A stretch of 17,955 bases of DNA from assembly GCA_049975265.1 (NCBI GenBank), contig JBNGDF010000039.1, positions 1 through 17,955 on the forward strand. The letters are read 5' to 3'. The DNA comes from Fidelibacterota bacterium (GTDB taxonomy: Bacteria; Fidelibacterota; UBA2242). The notes beneath the pieces were generated by a model. The model saw only the letters and a list, made by a program, of their open reading frames with translations, ran no database searches and was not told the DNA's origin. Of the stretch, positions 17,693-17,955 are shown piece after piece; positions within the stretch are counted from its first letter, which is position 1, and each line of letters opens with the position of its first letter. The position numbers were made by a program, and so were the translations under genes.

Positions 17693-17851
17693 ATGACGAG
17701 ATACATCTGCACCAACTGCGGTTATATCTACGATCCAGAGATCGGTGACCTGGAAAATGGAATCCCTGCCGGAACAAGCTTTGACCGGCTTCCGGACGAC
17801 TGGGTTTGCCCGGTCTGTTATGTCGGCAAGGACCAGTTTGATCCGCTTTGA
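17693..17851 (+). CDS. Rubredoxin (52 aa)
   Basis: Below the ORF track's apparent size cutoff; translated by hand as [52 protein letters not shown]. Two CxxC motifs with canonical rubredoxin spacing. GGAG RBS at 17683-17686. Confidence 0.96.
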   Translation: MTRYICTNCGYIYDPEIGDLENGIPAGTSFDRLPDDWVCPVCYVGKDQFDPL

Positions 17852-17955
17852 GAGAAACCGCTCTTCTGACTGTTATCTACTGTTAGAAAATATCTTTCAT
17901 CACTACTGTCCCGTTAAAAGTTGAATAATAACAATTGTTTAGTATTAACCTTGGG

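Noticed and set aside
1..17955. CRISPR arrays, tRNA/rRNA genes, IS elements, integrases, defence systems
   Set aside because: No repeat-spacer periodicity, RNA gene signatures or transposase/recombinase motifs were seen, and all intergenic gaps are 200 bp or shorter.

Overview
This bacterial window is probably from a diderm organism, since it encodes a predicted outer-membrane beta-barrel and many Sec signal peptides. It has five gene blocks. (1) A minus-strand pair: a glycerophosphodiester phosphodiesterase and a PAP2 phosphatase; the PAP2 gene runs off the left edge and is missing from the ORF track. (2) A divergent pair of secreted carbohydrate-active enzymes: a GH51 alpha-L-arabinofuranosidase and a CE15-like esterase. 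(3) A four-gene operon of TetR, MMPL/RND transporter, LolA-like periplasmic protein and putative outer-membrane barrel. It has a clear sigma70 promoter flanked by twin operators and looks like an uncharacterised trans-envelope lipid transport system, the best candidate for novel biology here. (4) A minus-strand operon of dtxR-like regulator, feoA, feoB and a small Cys-rich membrane protein, with a TTAGG-N4-CCTAA operator; the regulator has an atypical metal-ligand set. (5) Divergent metH, followed by a rubredoxin that is also missing from the ORF track and has an unusual Gly43-to-Tyr substitution. I saw no RNA genes, mobile elements or CRISPR arrays. All family calls come from motif recognition by eye, not database searches.
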